The translations under genes were made by a program, and so were the position numbers. The notes below the pieces were generated by a model that saw only the letters and a program-made list of their open reading frames with translations, did no database searches and had not been told where the DNA came from. Source: an uncultured Bacteroidales bacterium (GTDB taxonomy: Bacteria > Bacteroidota > Bacteroidia > Bacteroidales > UBA932). From it: a DNA stretch of 64,000 nucleotides. Below are positions 8,295-18,442 of this stretch, in pieces (within the stretch, counting starts at the first letter, position 1; each line of letters opens with the position of its first letter). The DNA lies in NCBI GenBank assembly GCA_947367375.1, contig CANBDZ010000001.1, positions 3,972-67,971 on the forward strand, written 5' to 3'.

Positions 8295-11162
8295 TTAAAA
8301 ACTGATCTGTACTCCGACATTTGCAGACTTGAGTGCTGGATAGCCGTAGTAAGCTGTTTCTGGGTCCATCTTGCATTCGTTCAGCAGGTTGCTGAATGTG
8401 AGAAGGTTGAGTGCGTTGATGTAGAGACGGCACTTTGTGATGCCTGCATTACGCACTGCCCTGAGGTTTGCAAGGTCGTAGCCCACTTCTACGTTCTGGA
8501 GTCTGATGTAGTCGTTCTTGCGGATCCAGAATGAGCTTGAACGGTAGTTGTTGTCGTTCTGTCCGGTTGTAAGACGAGGGAATGTAGCATATTCTCTTGT
8601 GTCGATGTTCTGCTCAGGGTAATATGCCCACGCGCCTCTTGCCCACTCGAAGATGTTGCCATAGTTGAGGAACGGCTTCCAGGCTGAGTAGTCGAGGAGG
8701 TTGACAGTACCGCCGGCACTTCCTGTGAAGAGGAATGAGAAGTCAAATCCCTTGTATTCGAAGTCTGCACCTACGCTGAACTGAAGCTTAGGATAGCCAG
8801 GTCCGCCGATCTCGCTGATGTCGGTCTCGTCAACATAGCCGTCACCGTCCCAGTCCATATATTTAAGGTCTCCCGGCTGTACGCTTCCGAAGAGAGGAGT
8901 AGGGAGGTCCTTCTTGAGTGAACCGTCGAGGTTGAAGTCGTTCACCTGATAGAAGCCTATGCAGGTAAGTCCCATTCTTGTTCCAAGAGGGCGGCCTGTA
9001 GCTGCATTGTAGGCATATTTCGGTGGAACCTCTCCCATAAAGTCAACGGTATTCTTTGCATATACGGCATTTCCGAACACTGAATAGCTGAAGTCGCCGA
9101 TCTTGTCAGTGAATGTGATGTTTCCATCGACTCCCTGGTTGGTCATTCTTCCGATGTTCGAATAATATACGTTTGTACCGTTGTAATCCATACGGGTGTT
9201 GTCGAGGGTAAGGATGTCGCTCCTCTTGTCGATGAAGTAGTCAGCTGTGATGCTGAGCTTGTCGAAGAGGTTCATATCGATACCGGCATTGAGCTTGAGG
9301 CTCTTCTCTGCAGTCACGTCAGGGTTTGCGATGAAAAGAGGTACAAGACCGCTTCCGCCGCCACCGAATGAAGGTCCAAGGCCGGTGATGAAGCTTCCGC
9401 CGTTAGCATAGTACTGCTGATAGAGGTAGCGTCCGTTAGTCTCGAATCCGCCGATCGCAACATTTGCCTCGGTCGAGCCTGAAAGACCTGCCGATCCTCT
9501 GACCTTCAGGAGATTCACTACATCGCTGTCCTTGAGGAATGACTCGTTGGAAACGACCCACGCAAGTGAACCTGCAGGGAAGAATCCGTAACGGTTGCCA
9601 GGTGCATACGCGTCGCTTCCGAAATATGAGAACGCGAGTTCTGCGATATAGCGGTTGTCGTAGGCGTAATTCACCTTTCCGTTGTAGTTGATGAAATGGT
9701 ATTTCCAGTTGTAGAACGCCGATCCCATTCCTGTGTAGTCGGAAATATGGGCGTTGAGGGCTGCGTTTACGGCATTCAGACCGAATGTGTTGCCGTAGCC
9801 GAGTGTCACGTTGCCCTGCATCCAACGCTCCTTGCCAGAAGTCCAGTAACCGTTTGACCTGATGTAGGTCGACTGGTCATCTGTCTGGGCAACGCCGTTG
9901 ATGTATCTTGCATAGGTGCGTGTCTTGCCTGTGTTACCGATACTTCTTGAGTAGAATGAGAATCCTTCCTCGAGATAGAGTCCGTCAAGCAGGAAATCAA
10001 GGTCTTCAATGAACTTGAAGTTGGCCTGGAGCACCTTTGTTCTGCTTGTGGTCCATCCAAGACCGGTAAGTGAAGCTACAGGGTTGTCAGGATAGATGGC
10101 AGTACCTGAGAACTTGCTGATAGGGTCAGTCGAAGCCTCATCGTAGATAGGGTAGATGTTCGAAGGATAGTTCAGCACGTTCTGAGTGAGTGTGTACATA
10201 TCATAGTTAGGACGTGTCCTGTCTTCAAGACGTCCGCCGATGTCCATCTTCACTGTCAGCACCTTGCCGAAGTTCATATCGAAGTTGGTGCGGACACCAT
10301 ACTTTGCATATGTGGCATTCGATGTCTGGTCAGTGTTCTTTACATTGAACAGACCCTGCTGGTTTGCATAGTCCAGAACCACGTTGTAGCGTACCTGGTC
10401 GGAGCCGCCTCTGAAAGAGAGAACGCCGTCAGTGTACATTCCGTTGTTCTTAAACACCTCATCATACCAGCTGACATCAGTGCCCTGGCCGTACCAGTAC
10501 GCATTGAGGGTCTCGTTGTCATACTGTGGAGTCCACACTCTGCCGTTGTCGTTGCTGACTGCCTGGTTGTAGAAGTAGGCATATTCATACGATCCGAGCG
10601 GCTTCGCCACGTTGATAGGCTGCTGCACACCGGTGCGTGTCTGGAATGAAACCACAGGTGCACCTGCATTTCCTCTCTTTGTCTCGATCCAGAGAACGCC
10701 GTTTGCACCGTTCATACCGAATGTGGCAAGAGCTGCGGCATCCTTGAATACGGACACTGTGCTGATCTCCTCAGGAGTAAGGAACTCTATATATTCCGGC
10801 TTCACCTCGAAACCGTCAACATAGTACTTGAGGGTGTTCAGGTCTGTCGACTGGGCATACGAACCTATTCCGCGGATGAACATCCTGGATGTGCCGTATC
10901 CCGGTGTGCCGTCTCCCTTGACAATGAAGAGACCCGGCAACTTGCCTGAAAGTGTGTTGGTGAGATTTGGTGTTGCGGACTCATAAAGTTCCTCGCCGCT
11001 TACAGTCGAGACTGCTGCGGTGTTTCTGATAGCGGATGTTTCCATCAGATTTGCCGGAACCTTGAGGCTGTCAGCGCCTGTCTTCAGATCCTGGGCGCCG
11101 GCATTGAAAGCGGCGGCAACCGTCAACCCCAAAATCAGGCTTGTTATTCTATATGTCTTCAT
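8295..11162 (-). CDS. susC: SusC/RagA TonB-dependent transporter (pair 2, short N-terminus)
   Basis: Plug motif KDAAALATFGMNGANGVLWIETKRG, RYGFFPAGSLAW, NPDVTAEKS, PGDLKY, C-terminal F. Confidence 0.92.
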   Translation of the reverse strand: MKTYRITSLILGLTVAAAFNAGAQDLKTGADSLKVPANLMETSAIRNTAAVSTVSGEELYESATPNLTNTLSGKLPGLFIVKGDGTPGYGTSRMFIRGIGSYAQSTDLNTLKYYVDGFEVKPEYIEFLTPEEISTVSVFKDAAALATFGMNGANGVLWIETKRGNAGAPVVSFQTRTGVQQPINVAKPLGSYEYAYFYNQAVSNDNGRVWTPQYDNETLNAYWYGQGTDVSWYDEVFKNNGMYTDGVLSFRGGSDQVRYNVVLDYANQQGLFNVKNTDQTSNATYAKYGVRTNFDMNFGKVLTVKMDIGGRLEDRTRPNYDMYTLTQNVLNYPSNIYPIYDEASTDPISKFSGTAIYPDNPVASLTGLGWTTSRTKVLQANFKFIEDLDFLLDGLYLEEGFSFYSRSIGNTGKTRTYARYINGVAQTDDQSTYIRSNGYWTSGKERWMQGNVTLGYGNTFGLNAVNAALNAHISDYTGMGSAFYNWKYHFINYNGKVNYAYDNRYIAELAFSYFGSDAYAPGNRYGFFPAGSLAWVVSNESFLKDSDVVNLLKVRGSAGLSGSTEANVAIGGFETNGRYLYQQYYANGGSFITGLGPSFGGGGSGLVPLFIANPDVTAEKSLKLNAGIDMNLFDKLSITADYFIDKRSDILTLDNTRMDYNGTNVYYSNIGRMTNQGVDGNITFTDKIGDFSYSVFGNAVYAKNTVDFMGEVPPKYAYNAATGRPLGTRMGLTCIGFYQVNDFNLDGSLKKDLPTPLFGSVQPGDLKYMDWDGDGYVDETDISEIGGPGYPKLQFSVGADFEYKGFDFSFLFTGSAGGTVNLLDYSAWKPFLNYGNIFEWARGAWAYYPEQNIDTREYATFPRLTTGQNDNNYRSSSFWIRKNDYIRLQNVEVGYDLANLRAVRNAGITKCRLYINALNLLTFSNLLNECKMDPETAYYGYPALKSANVGVQISF

Positions 11163-11186
11163 AGTAACTTCTTTTGGAATCGTTTA

Positions 11187-13025
11187 TTAATAACCAGGAT
11201 TCTGGACGATGATACCCTTATTCACCTCGCCCTGGAGGAAAGGCTCAAGGAACCATTTAGGATGCCAGTAAGCTGTGTATGAATAAGCATCCCAGTATGA
11301 CACGAGACCTGCCTTTGTGTTGCCGTCTGTTGTCAGGAATGAAATCTCAGTCATATCTCCACCGAGAATGCTGCCGATTTCAGGGTGCTTCCAGTGCTTG
11401 AGGTCATAGTACCTGTGGTTTTCCTCGAAGTACTCAAGAGCCTTCTCGCGGACGATGAGCTCTCTGAGCTTAGCCTTGTCTCTCTCATCCACTGAAGGAA
11501 GACCTGCTCTGTTGCGGATGATGTTGAGGTACCTGAGCGCGTTGTCTGTTTCGCCGATTTCATTGTACGCCTCAGCAAGGTGGAGGTAGTTCTCTGCAAG
11601 ACGGAACAATGGGAACTCAAGCCACTTTCTTGCTCCGGCCTTGTAGTAGAACTTGGTAGGGGCACCGATTCCGCGGCCCTCGATTGCTCTTGCCATACTT
11701 GCAGCGATGTCCTCGCTTGTGGCAAGGCTGGCCATATACCACATTCCTTCGTTCCAGTTGGCGTCTCCGTCATTTGAGCGGCCGTACAGTCCCGGTACAC
11801 AGATGTCTACTCGGAAGCGAGGCTCGATCTTCTCGATGTTTGCAAAGAAGTCATCGATAGGACGTGGTGCAGCTTCGCCGACCTTAGGCCAGTCGATCTC
11901 TCCACCGTCCTTGTCGCGATAGACTCTTGCAAAGTTGGTGAGTACACCTCTCTGTGAACGCTCACCGGCATCGCAATATGCTGACCAGTTGTAGCCTTCT
12001 GTCATATTGTTGTACACCTGCTGGTAGCTGGCGATCTTGAACGCAAGGATGAGCTCAGGTCCGTTGAGTTCTGAAACTCCGCGACCGTAGTCGTCTATTG
12101 CCTGCTCATAAGTGTTCCTGTTGCCTTCTCCAGCTGTGAAGATGAGGTGCTTGCCGTTCTGTGAAGCCCAGTTAAGCACGTCGAGGTGCGCCTGGATAGC
12201 GTCACGGTAGCGCTGCTCGTCATAGCCGCCAAGCCAAACGATATGCTTGTCACCATTGAACTTGAGGTTGTTCTCGTCAACATAAGAAGTATTGGAGTTG
12301 AAGAGAGGGCGTGCTGCGAATGTGAGAAGGCGGGCCTTCATCGCGAGTACTGCTCCCTTTGTGATGCGTCCTACCCACTTCTCGCCGTCGCCTGGCTCGA
12401 TGTCTACCCAGTGGTCTGGAAGTCTGTTGTATGCTTCCTGGATGAGCTCAAGAGTGTAGTCGAGGGTCTCCTGTGCGGTTGCTCTAGGGAAGTTGATGTC
12501 GTCTGTCATCTCGTTCGCCTGTCTTACGATAGGAACGCCGCCCCAACGGTAGAACATACCCATATAGCGGTAGGCCATAAGGCCGTACGCTTCTCCTTTC
12601 ATATATTCCTTCATCTCTGCGCTGAGCTCAGGGACCTGGTCGATGTTGGCGATCACGAGCCAGCAGATTCGGATCACTTCCCAGTTCTCGTCGTAGTCTG
12701 CAGGGAATCCCTGGTAACCGTCTGCCGGTGCAGGGTTAGGGCCGTTTACCACGAGGTTGTAGCCTGCGTGCCAGCTGTAGCCGCGGCTGATCTCGCCAGA
12801 GAAACTTGCGAGGGTGCCGTGGTTGATCTGCCAGCCTTCAGGCAGACCGTCGCGCAATGCTCTGTGATAAGCTCTCCAGAGCATTCCTTCCGCATCCTTT
12901 CTGTTTGAGAAAACGTCTTCCTTGTACACGCTTCCGGTCACTTCCGGCATCTCAAGGAACAGTTCGCAAGATGTGAATCCTGCAAGGATGGCAAGTGTCA
13001 ATATTATATTTTTGATTCTATTCAT
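11187..13025 (-). CDS. susD: SusD/RagB family outer-membrane lipoprotein (pair 1)
   Basis: Lipobox FTSC; GRITKGA, KARLL, FRLAENYLHLAEAYNE, ENHRYYDLKHW, QNPGY. Confidence 0.92.
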   Translation of the reverse strand: MNRIKNIILTLAILAGFTSCELFLEMPEVTGSVYKEDVFSNRKDAEGMLWRAYHRALRDGLPEGWQINHGTLASFSGEISRGYSWHAGYNLVVNGPNPAPADGYQGFPADYDENWEVIRICWLVIANIDQVPELSAEMKEYMKGEAYGLMAYRYMGMFYRWGGVPIVRQANEMTDDINFPRATAQETLDYTLELIQEAYNRLPDHWVDIEPGDGEKWVGRITKGAVLAMKARLLTFAARPLFNSNTSYVDENNLKFNGDKHIVWLGGYDEQRYRDAIQAHLDVLNWASQNGKHLIFTAGEGNRNTYEQAIDDYGRGVSELNGPELILAFKIASYQQVYNNMTEGYNWSAYCDAGERSQRGVLTNFARVYRDKDGGEIDWPKVGEAAPRPIDDFFANIEKIEPRFRVDICVPGLYGRSNDGDANWNEGMWYMASLATSEDIAASMARAIEGRGIGAPTKFYYKAGARKWLEFPLFRLAENYLHLAEAYNEIGETDNALRYLNIIRNRAGLPSVDERDKAKLRELIVREKALEYFEENHRYYDLKHWKHPEIGSILGGDMTEISFLTTDGNTKAGLVSYWDAYSYTAYWHPKWFLEPFLQGEVNKGIIVQNPGY

Positions 13026-13037
13026 ATCTGTTCCTCC

Positions 13038-16000
13038 TTAGAATTGAATGTTAACGCCGACATTTGTCGTTCTGGTAAGAGGGAAGACGTATGAAATGTT
13101 ACCTTCCGAACCTCCGAGGTTGTCCTTGGTCTCAGGGTCGATACCATATGCCTTCATCTTGTCGAACATAGTGAGAAGGTTGTTTGCATTCATATAGACG
13201 CGGAGTCCTGAAAGTCTTGCTCTTCTCATAAACTTCGAGTTAGGTGCGAATGAGTAGCCGAGCTCGATGTTCTTGATTCTCAAATGGTCGCTTGAAAGTG
13301 CCCAATGGTCGCTCTTCGGACCGAAGTTGTAGTGGTCCTGAGTTGCATCGTACACGGCGCGTGGGTAAGTGATCTTAGCTCCGGAAGCCACCTTCTCAGG
13401 TGTCCATCTTCCGTCCCACTGCCATCTGAAGGCGTTTCCTGCTCTCTTGAAGAACGGGCTGGTGATTCGTGATATATAATAGGTACCCATTGCTGTACCT
13501 GAGAGAACCACCTTCACGTCGAATCCCTTGTAGTTGAATCCGAGCTTTCCTCCGAACTGCATCATAGGTCTGTTAGGGTAGCCGATAGGGGCCATATCCT
13601 TGTTGTCGATCAGACCGTCACCGTTGAGGTCGAGGTACTTGATGTCGCCGAGTGTCACTGCGTTTGCACTTGCAGAGAAGTAAGGGCGGCTGTTGAGTTC
13701 CTCGAGAGTGTCGTAGTAGCCGTCGGTGATGTAACCGAAGTTCTGTCCGATACTGTGTCCTGTCTGGTTCATCCAGTCGTAAGGGTTAGGTGCCTCAGCT
13801 CTGTAGATGATCTTGTTCTTTGCATAGGTGAGGTTACCTTCTATATAATAGCCCCAGTCTCTCTTCTTCTCTGTCCAGCCCATAACGATCTCGTAACCCT
13901 TGTTGCTTACCTGTCCGACATTCACTGGAGAAGTGCTGCCTGAAGGAAGACCGAAGGTTGCCGGAATCACACCGAGTGTGGTGAGGATGTCCCTTCTGTT
14001 CTCTGTGAAATAGTCAGCTGTCACTGAGAGTCTGTTGCTGAAGAACTTCGCCTCGAGACCTGCACTCATCTTCTCTGACTTTTCCCAAGTCACATCTGGG
14101 TTTCCGAGAGTACCCTCTGCAGAACCTGTGTAGATGGTGTTGTGCGCGTCTGTGCTGGTTCCGAACTGGTAGTAGTTACCGCTGAGCGAACCTGACTGGG
14201 TAGAGCTGTCAAAGCTCCAGTGGCTGAGGTTGATTGAATATGTGCCAGGGAGATAGAGGTAGCGTCTTCCACCGATCTGGTCGTTACCCACGAGACCGTA
14301 GCTTCCGCGAAGCTTGAGGAAAGTCACGAAATTGTTCTCTGGGAAGAAAGGCTCATTTGAGATGACATAACCAAGAGAGAATGCAGGGAAGAGACCAAAG
14401 CGCTTGCCCTTCGCGAAGTTCTCTGTTCCGTTGTATGCCACGTTGGCCTCGAACATATAGCGTGTGTCGTAGTCGTATGTCACGCGTGCCGATGTACCGA
14501 TAAGGCCGCTTGGAGTGTTGAAGCTGTCACCAGGCATAGTGTACTTTGTTGCACGTCCCAGGAGGAGGGCTCCTACCGAGTGCTTGCCGAAGTTGCCCTG
14601 ATAGTTGATGGTCGCGTCAGCATAGAAGTCACGCATACCGCCCCACGAACCTGATGAATAGCCGTCAGCACCTACAGTACCTCCGAAGAACTCATACTCG
14701 TTAGGATTGCTCTGGCTTCTTCTTACTGTATAACGAGGAATTGCAAATGACTGTACAGCCACCTTGCTTGCATTCTCCTGATATCTTACGCTGGCCTGAA
14801 CGTCCAAACCTTTAAGGAGATATGACATATCGTGTCTGAGCTTCATTGTCACGTCCACACGTGTGTTTGATGTCACTCCGAGCGAGCGGCCGAGGAGTGC
14901 CGGAAGCCAGCTTCCTGTCATCTCGTTGTCAGTCCTCTTCTGGAGTCCGTCCTGAACAGAGTTCTGAGGACGGTCGAAGTCCACGATGAGCTTGTCGTCA
15001 AGGATCATTGCCCTGTTGGTGAACGGGTTACCCTCGTAGATGATCTGCATAATGCCGCTGTAACGGCTGTAGAGGCTACCTGTTCCAGGACCTTTGTTCA
15101 CGCCGAACTGTCCTGAAGTGTTGACCGAAAGGGTTGTGTTCTTGAAGATGTCGACGTCGATGTTTGCTCTTACGTTGTACCTCTGGTATCTCGAACCTGT
15201 GTTTACATTGAAGTAGTTTGTGTTCTGCATAATACTCTGCTGGTCGAAGTAGCTGAGTGACACGTAGTACTTCACGCGTTCTGTACCGCCGGATACACTG
15301 AGGTTCGCCTGCCACTGAGGAGCTACCCTGCTGTAGAGCTCAGCATAAGCGTCTGATGTACCATAATAAAGTGCAGGGCTGTTGAGGAGCTGGTCCTTCT
15401 GCTCCTGAGTGAGGTTCATCGCTGCAACTTCTGCAGGAGTGAAGTCTCTGTTGTTCTGGAACTTCCAGAGGTCGTCCTCTGTGAATAGGAAGTTCTTCAG
15501 GGCAGTACTGCCGTAACCTTCCACCTCATTCATCACGGCCTCATTTCTGAAGAGTGCGTACTCATAAGAAGAGAGACCTCTCTGGAGGTTGGTCGCATTG
15601 GTCACACCGAAGTTGCCTGAGAAGCTTACCTTAGGTTTTCCTACCTGACCACGTCTTGTAGTGACGATGATCACACCGTTAGCAGCGCGGATACCATAGA
15701 CAGCTGTTGAAGATGCATCCTTAAGTACTGAGATTCCGAGGATATCGTTAGGGTTCAAACTGTTCATAATGCTCATCGCGTGGCTTGCAGGCTGCTCGAT
15801 ACCGTCGATGACGATAAGCGGAGCAGTGCTTCCCGAATACGATGACACACCGCGGATGGCGATGTCGGCAGCATCCTGACCAGGCTCACCGCTGACTGTC
15901 ACGGCGCTGAGACCAGGAGTGATACCTACCAGGGCTGATGACACGTTTGCAACCGGAGCTGCGATGATGTCGTCGCCTGTAACAGCGGTGATCGCACCTG

Positions 16001-16445
16001 TTACGTTTACTCTTTTCTGAGTGGCGAACGCTGTCACGACAACTTCCTCGAGAATCTTCTTGTCTTCCTTGAGGACGATGGTGAATCTTGTTCTGCCGCT
16101 TGTGGAGATCTTTTCATCTGAAAAGCCGATGCAGGTGACGGTGATCTCTGCGTTGCTTCTTATTTCAAGAGAGAAGTTTCCGTCTAAGTCTGTCACTGCA
16201 CCGTTTGTAGTGCCGGTCTCGATCACTGTCGCTCCGATTACCGGCTGTCCGGTCTCGTCCACGACGTTACCTGTGATCGTCTTTCTCTGTTGTTCCATAG
16301 CAGAGAACCCTTCGGACTTTACATTTTCCGCCCTTGCAGGAGGAAGTGCACACATAAGGAACAAAGACAGAGCAACAAGCTGGCGTAGAATCCCGCTTGT
16401 TCCAGTCTCACGATATGTGTGGGTCTGTTTAGTGTCTTTCATCAT
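13038..16445 (-). CDS. susC: SusC/RagA TonB-dependent transporter (pair 1)
   Basis: N-terminal carboxypeptidase-regulatory-like domain (ITGNVVDETGQPVIGATV), LKDASSTAVYGIRAANGVIIVTT, NPDVTWEKS, C-terminal F. Confidence 0.95.
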   Translation of the reverse strand: MMKDTKQTHTYRETGTSGILRQLVALSLFLMCALPPARAENVKSEGFSAMEQQRKTITGNVVDETGQPVIGATVIETGTTNGAVTDLDGNFSLEIRSNAEITVTCIGFSDEKISTSGRTRFTIVLKEDKKILEEVVVTAFATQKRVNVTGAITAVTGDDIIAAPVANVSSALVGITPGLSAVTVSGEPGQDAADIAIRGVSSYSGSTAPLIVIDGIEQPASHAMSIMNSLNPNDILGISVLKDASSTAVYGIRAANGVIIVTTRRGQVGKPKVSFSGNFGVTNATNLQRGLSSYEYALFRNEAVMNEVEGYGSTALKNFLFTEDDLWKFQNNRDFTPAEVAAMNLTQEQKDQLLNSPALYYGTSDAYAELYSRVAPQWQANLSVSGGTERVKYYVSLSYFDQQSIMQNTNYFNVNTGSRYQRYNVRANIDVDIFKNTTLSVNTSGQFGVNKGPGTGSLYSRYSGIMQIIYEGNPFTNRAMILDDKLIVDFDRPQNSVQDGLQKRTDNEMTGSWLPALLGRSLGVTSNTRVDVTMKLRHDMSYLLKGLDVQASVRYQENASKVAVQSFAIPRYTVRRSQSNPNEYEFFGGTVGADGYSSGSWGGMRDFYADATINYQGNFGKHSVGALLLGRATKYTMPGDSFNTPSGLIGTSARVTYDYDTRYMFEANVAYNGTENFAKGKRFGLFPAFSLGYVISNEPFFPENNFVTFLKLRGSYGLVGNDQIGGRRYLYLPGTYSINLSHWSFDSSTQSGSLSGNYYQFGTSTDAHNTIYTGSAEGTLGNPDVTWEKSEKMSAGLEAKFFSNRLSVTADYFTENRRDILTTLGVIPATFGLPSGSTSPVNVGQVSNKGYEIVMGWTEKKRDWGYYIEGNLTYAKNKIIYRAEAPNPYDWMNQTGHSIGQNFGYITDGYYDTLEELNSRPYFSASANAVTLGDIKYLDLNGDGLIDNKDMAPIGYPNRPMMQFGGKLGFNYKGFDVKVVLSGTAMGTYYISRITSPFFKRAGNAFRWQWDGRWTPEKVASGAKITYPRAVYDATQDHYNFGPKSDHWALSSDHLRIKNIELGYSFAPNSKFMRRARLSGLRVYMNANNLLTMFDKMKAYGIDPETKDNLGGSEGNISYVFPLTRTTNVGVNIQF

Positions 16446-16494
16446 ACGTAAAGTTGATAAGGTGTGGTTATTTATGTGGTTATACTAATTGTCT

Positions 16495-17385
16495 CTAGTA
16501 AGGCTGCTTGGTTCCGAGAGGATTTTCAGCGTCCTTGTAGAACTGCTCCATCAGCTGAGGGACATTCTTGTCCTCCTTGATGTCCTTGATGACATCTGCA
16601 AACTGAGAAGCTACGCTGTCCATAATGAGCTTACCTGCCTTGGCTGTAGCCTTTGATCCGTCTCCGCCGTAGTGGTTAGGGAAGCTTGCGTACCACCATA
16701 TGCCTGTGTAGACGTGCTCGAGGTTGTTAATCCTGTCGAGGTCTGCTCCTGACTGAGTGCCTGCAAGTTCAGGGTGTACGAGGTCGGGAACGATGGATTT
16801 CACCATTGAGGTCTCGCGGTTACCTGCGTGCTGGTCGAGCGGGTCGTGCATTGTCAGCGCCTCTGCCTGCTGGATCACCTCACGGTCATATGAAGGCTGG
16901 TACCAGTAAAGGGCGTAGTCCCTCTTCTGTGAAAGCTGGGATATGCCGAAATACTCGAGGAAGGCCTTGTTTCCGCCGTGGCCGTTGACGATGATGATCT
17001 TCTTGAAGCCGTTGCGGCTGAGCTCGTCGAGAGTCTCCTGGAGCACCTTCCAGATCAGCTCAGGTGAATATGCGATCGTTCCCGGCTGGTGTCTTGCCTC
17101 ATTGATCTGGCTGAAATAGTACCAAGGGAACACTACCGCGTATTCCATCTCAGCTGCCCTGAGGGCCATTTCTCTGGCTGTGTAGACGTCAGTTCCAAGA
17201 GGCATATGCGGTCCGTGCTTCTCAAGCACTCCGATAGGGAGGATAGCTGTTTCGCAGCTCTTCTTTACCGCCTCCTTGAACTCGATGGCAGAAAGTTCTT
17301 CCAACTGTACGGAAAGTTTCTGCGCCTGCGCCATTATGCCGCTGAGGCATAGTGCGAGAATTAGGATTGTTTTCTGAAGTTTCAT
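16495..17385 (-). CDS. Creatininase-family metal amidohydrolase with signal peptide
   Basis: LPIGVLEKHGPHMPLGTD, NGHGGN and HAGNRETS motifs; N-terminus MKLQKTILILALCLSGIMAQA. Confidence 0.85.
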   Translation of the reverse strand: MKLQKTILILALCLSGIMAQAQKLSVQLEELSAIEFKEAVKKSCETAILPIGVLEKHGPHMPLGTDVYTAREMALRAAEMEYAVVFPWYYFSQINEARHQPGTIAYSPELIWKVLQETLDELSRNGFKKIIIVNGHGGNKAFLEYFGISQLSQKRDYALYWYQPSYDREVIQQAEALTMHDPLDQHAGNRETSMVKSIVPDLVHPELAGTQSGADLDRINNLEHVYTGIWWYASFPNHYGGDGSKATAKAGKLIMDSVASQFADVIKDIKEDKNVPQLMEQFYKDAENPLGTKQPY

Positions 17386-17424
17386 TGTCTTGACTATGTG
17401 GTTGTTGTTTTATTCGGGGGTCCT

Positions 17425-18261
17425 TTATGCAAGGCAGAGTGCTCCGGCTCCAAGTATGCCGCAGTTCTCCTTGTCTGAACTCAGGATGCTGAGCTTCTCT
17501 ATGGATTTCGGATAAGGGAAGTCGGCGAGATTTGCGGCTATCGCATCCTTGAAAAGGTCGAATGACTTCGCTATCGAGCCTCCGAATATGATAGCCTGAG
17601 GGTCAAGTGTCAGAACAACGATCTTTACAAGGTAAGCCAGGTGCCTGCCATATTCGTCGAATATCTTCTTTGCCTCTTCATTTCCGCTGCGGGCCTCAAG
17701 CGACAGTCCGTAGCCGTCCTTGCCTGCAACTTCAGTGAAGAATCGGCTTCCGCATAAGTCCTCGAGCTTTCCGTTCATATACGGAATCTCTCCGAATTCG
17801 CCGGAACCGCAGTTGGCGTCAGCAAGAAGGCGGCCGTTCTGGATTATTCCTGCTCCAAGGCCGGTTCCCAAAGTGGCTCCGACAAAGTGGTCGAATTCCT
17901 TACCCTCTCCGAAGATCTTTTCTCCTAATGCAAAGCAGTTGGCGTCATTGTCCACGAACACAGGTAGGCCGAATTCTGCCTCAAGAATCTCCTTGAGCGG
18001 AACCTCATCCCATCCGGCAATGTTCTGCACATTGTATACAATGCCCTTTTTTCTGTCCACGACGCTAGGAACGCCGATGCCGATCGCTGCAGTCTCCTCA
18101 TTTATGAGACCGGTGATCAGGTCCTTCAATAATCCGATGGTGGTCTCGCCTCCGATTGATGCTTTTGTGTCAGTCTTTGCATAGCTGACGATGTTTCCGG
18201 ATTCTATCCTTCCACCCTCAATGGAGGTGCCTCCAAGGTCTATTCCCAATATGTTTTTCAT
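17425..18261 (-). CDS. ROK-family sugar kinase
   Basis: Start MKNILGIDLGGT (ATG 18261); GIGVP, DNDANCFALGE, TLGTGLGAG, GEFG; no HTH. Confidence 0.88.
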   Translation of the reverse strand: MKNILGIDLGGTSIEGGRIESGNIVSYAKTDTKASIGGETTIGLLKDLITGLINEETAAIGIGVPSVVDRKKGIVYNVQNIAGWDEVPLKEILEAEFGLPVFVDNDANCFALGEKIFGEGKEFDHFVGATLGTGLGAGIIQNGRLLADANCGSGEFGEIPYMNGKLEDLCGSRFFTEVAGKDGYGLSLEARSGNEEAKKIFDEYGRHLAYLVKIVVLTLDPQAIIFGGSIAKSFDLFKDAIAANLADFPYPKSIEKLSILSSDKENCGILGAGALCLA

Positions 18262-18295
18262 TGTGTGTTTTGGTTGGATAGGCCTTTTGCGTGCT

Positions 18296-18313
18296 TTTGC
18301 AACTTGTTGCAAA
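18296..18313. promoter_or_regulatory. Palindromic operator O1, probably for the LacI-family regulator
   Basis: TTTGCAAC-TT-GTTGCAAA, between the predicted promoter and the ROK start. Confidence 0.7.
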
Positions 18314-18359
18314 GTCCGTTCGGGCCTTGCTCTATTCTATTTGGTTATCAGTGTTGTGC

Positions 18360-18391
18360 CAAAATTAGATTTTTAAAATGTCAAATGCAAA
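18360..18391 (-). promoter_or_regulatory. Bacteroidetes sigmaA promoter of the PUL operon
   Basis: Minus strand TTTG-N20-TAATTTTG, matching the -33/-7 consensus TTTG-N19-21-TAnnTTTG. Confidence 0.7.
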
Positions 18392-18415
18392 TATTTGAGC
18401 AAATGATTTTAAGAT

Positions 18416-18429
18416 TGCAACAAGTTGCA
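18416..18429. promoter_or_regulatory. Palindromic operator O2
   Basis: TGCAAC-AA-GTTGCA, exact reverse complement of the O1 core. Confidence 0.7.
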
Positions 18430-18442
18430 TAATATGGATATG

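Noticed and set aside
18347..18364. Possible sigma-54 promoter (TTGGCACAACACTGAT) for the PUL; a similar TTGGCACG occurs near 36743-36750
   Set aside because: The -12 GC is missing, and both are explained by a TAnnTTTG sigmaA element followed by GCAC.
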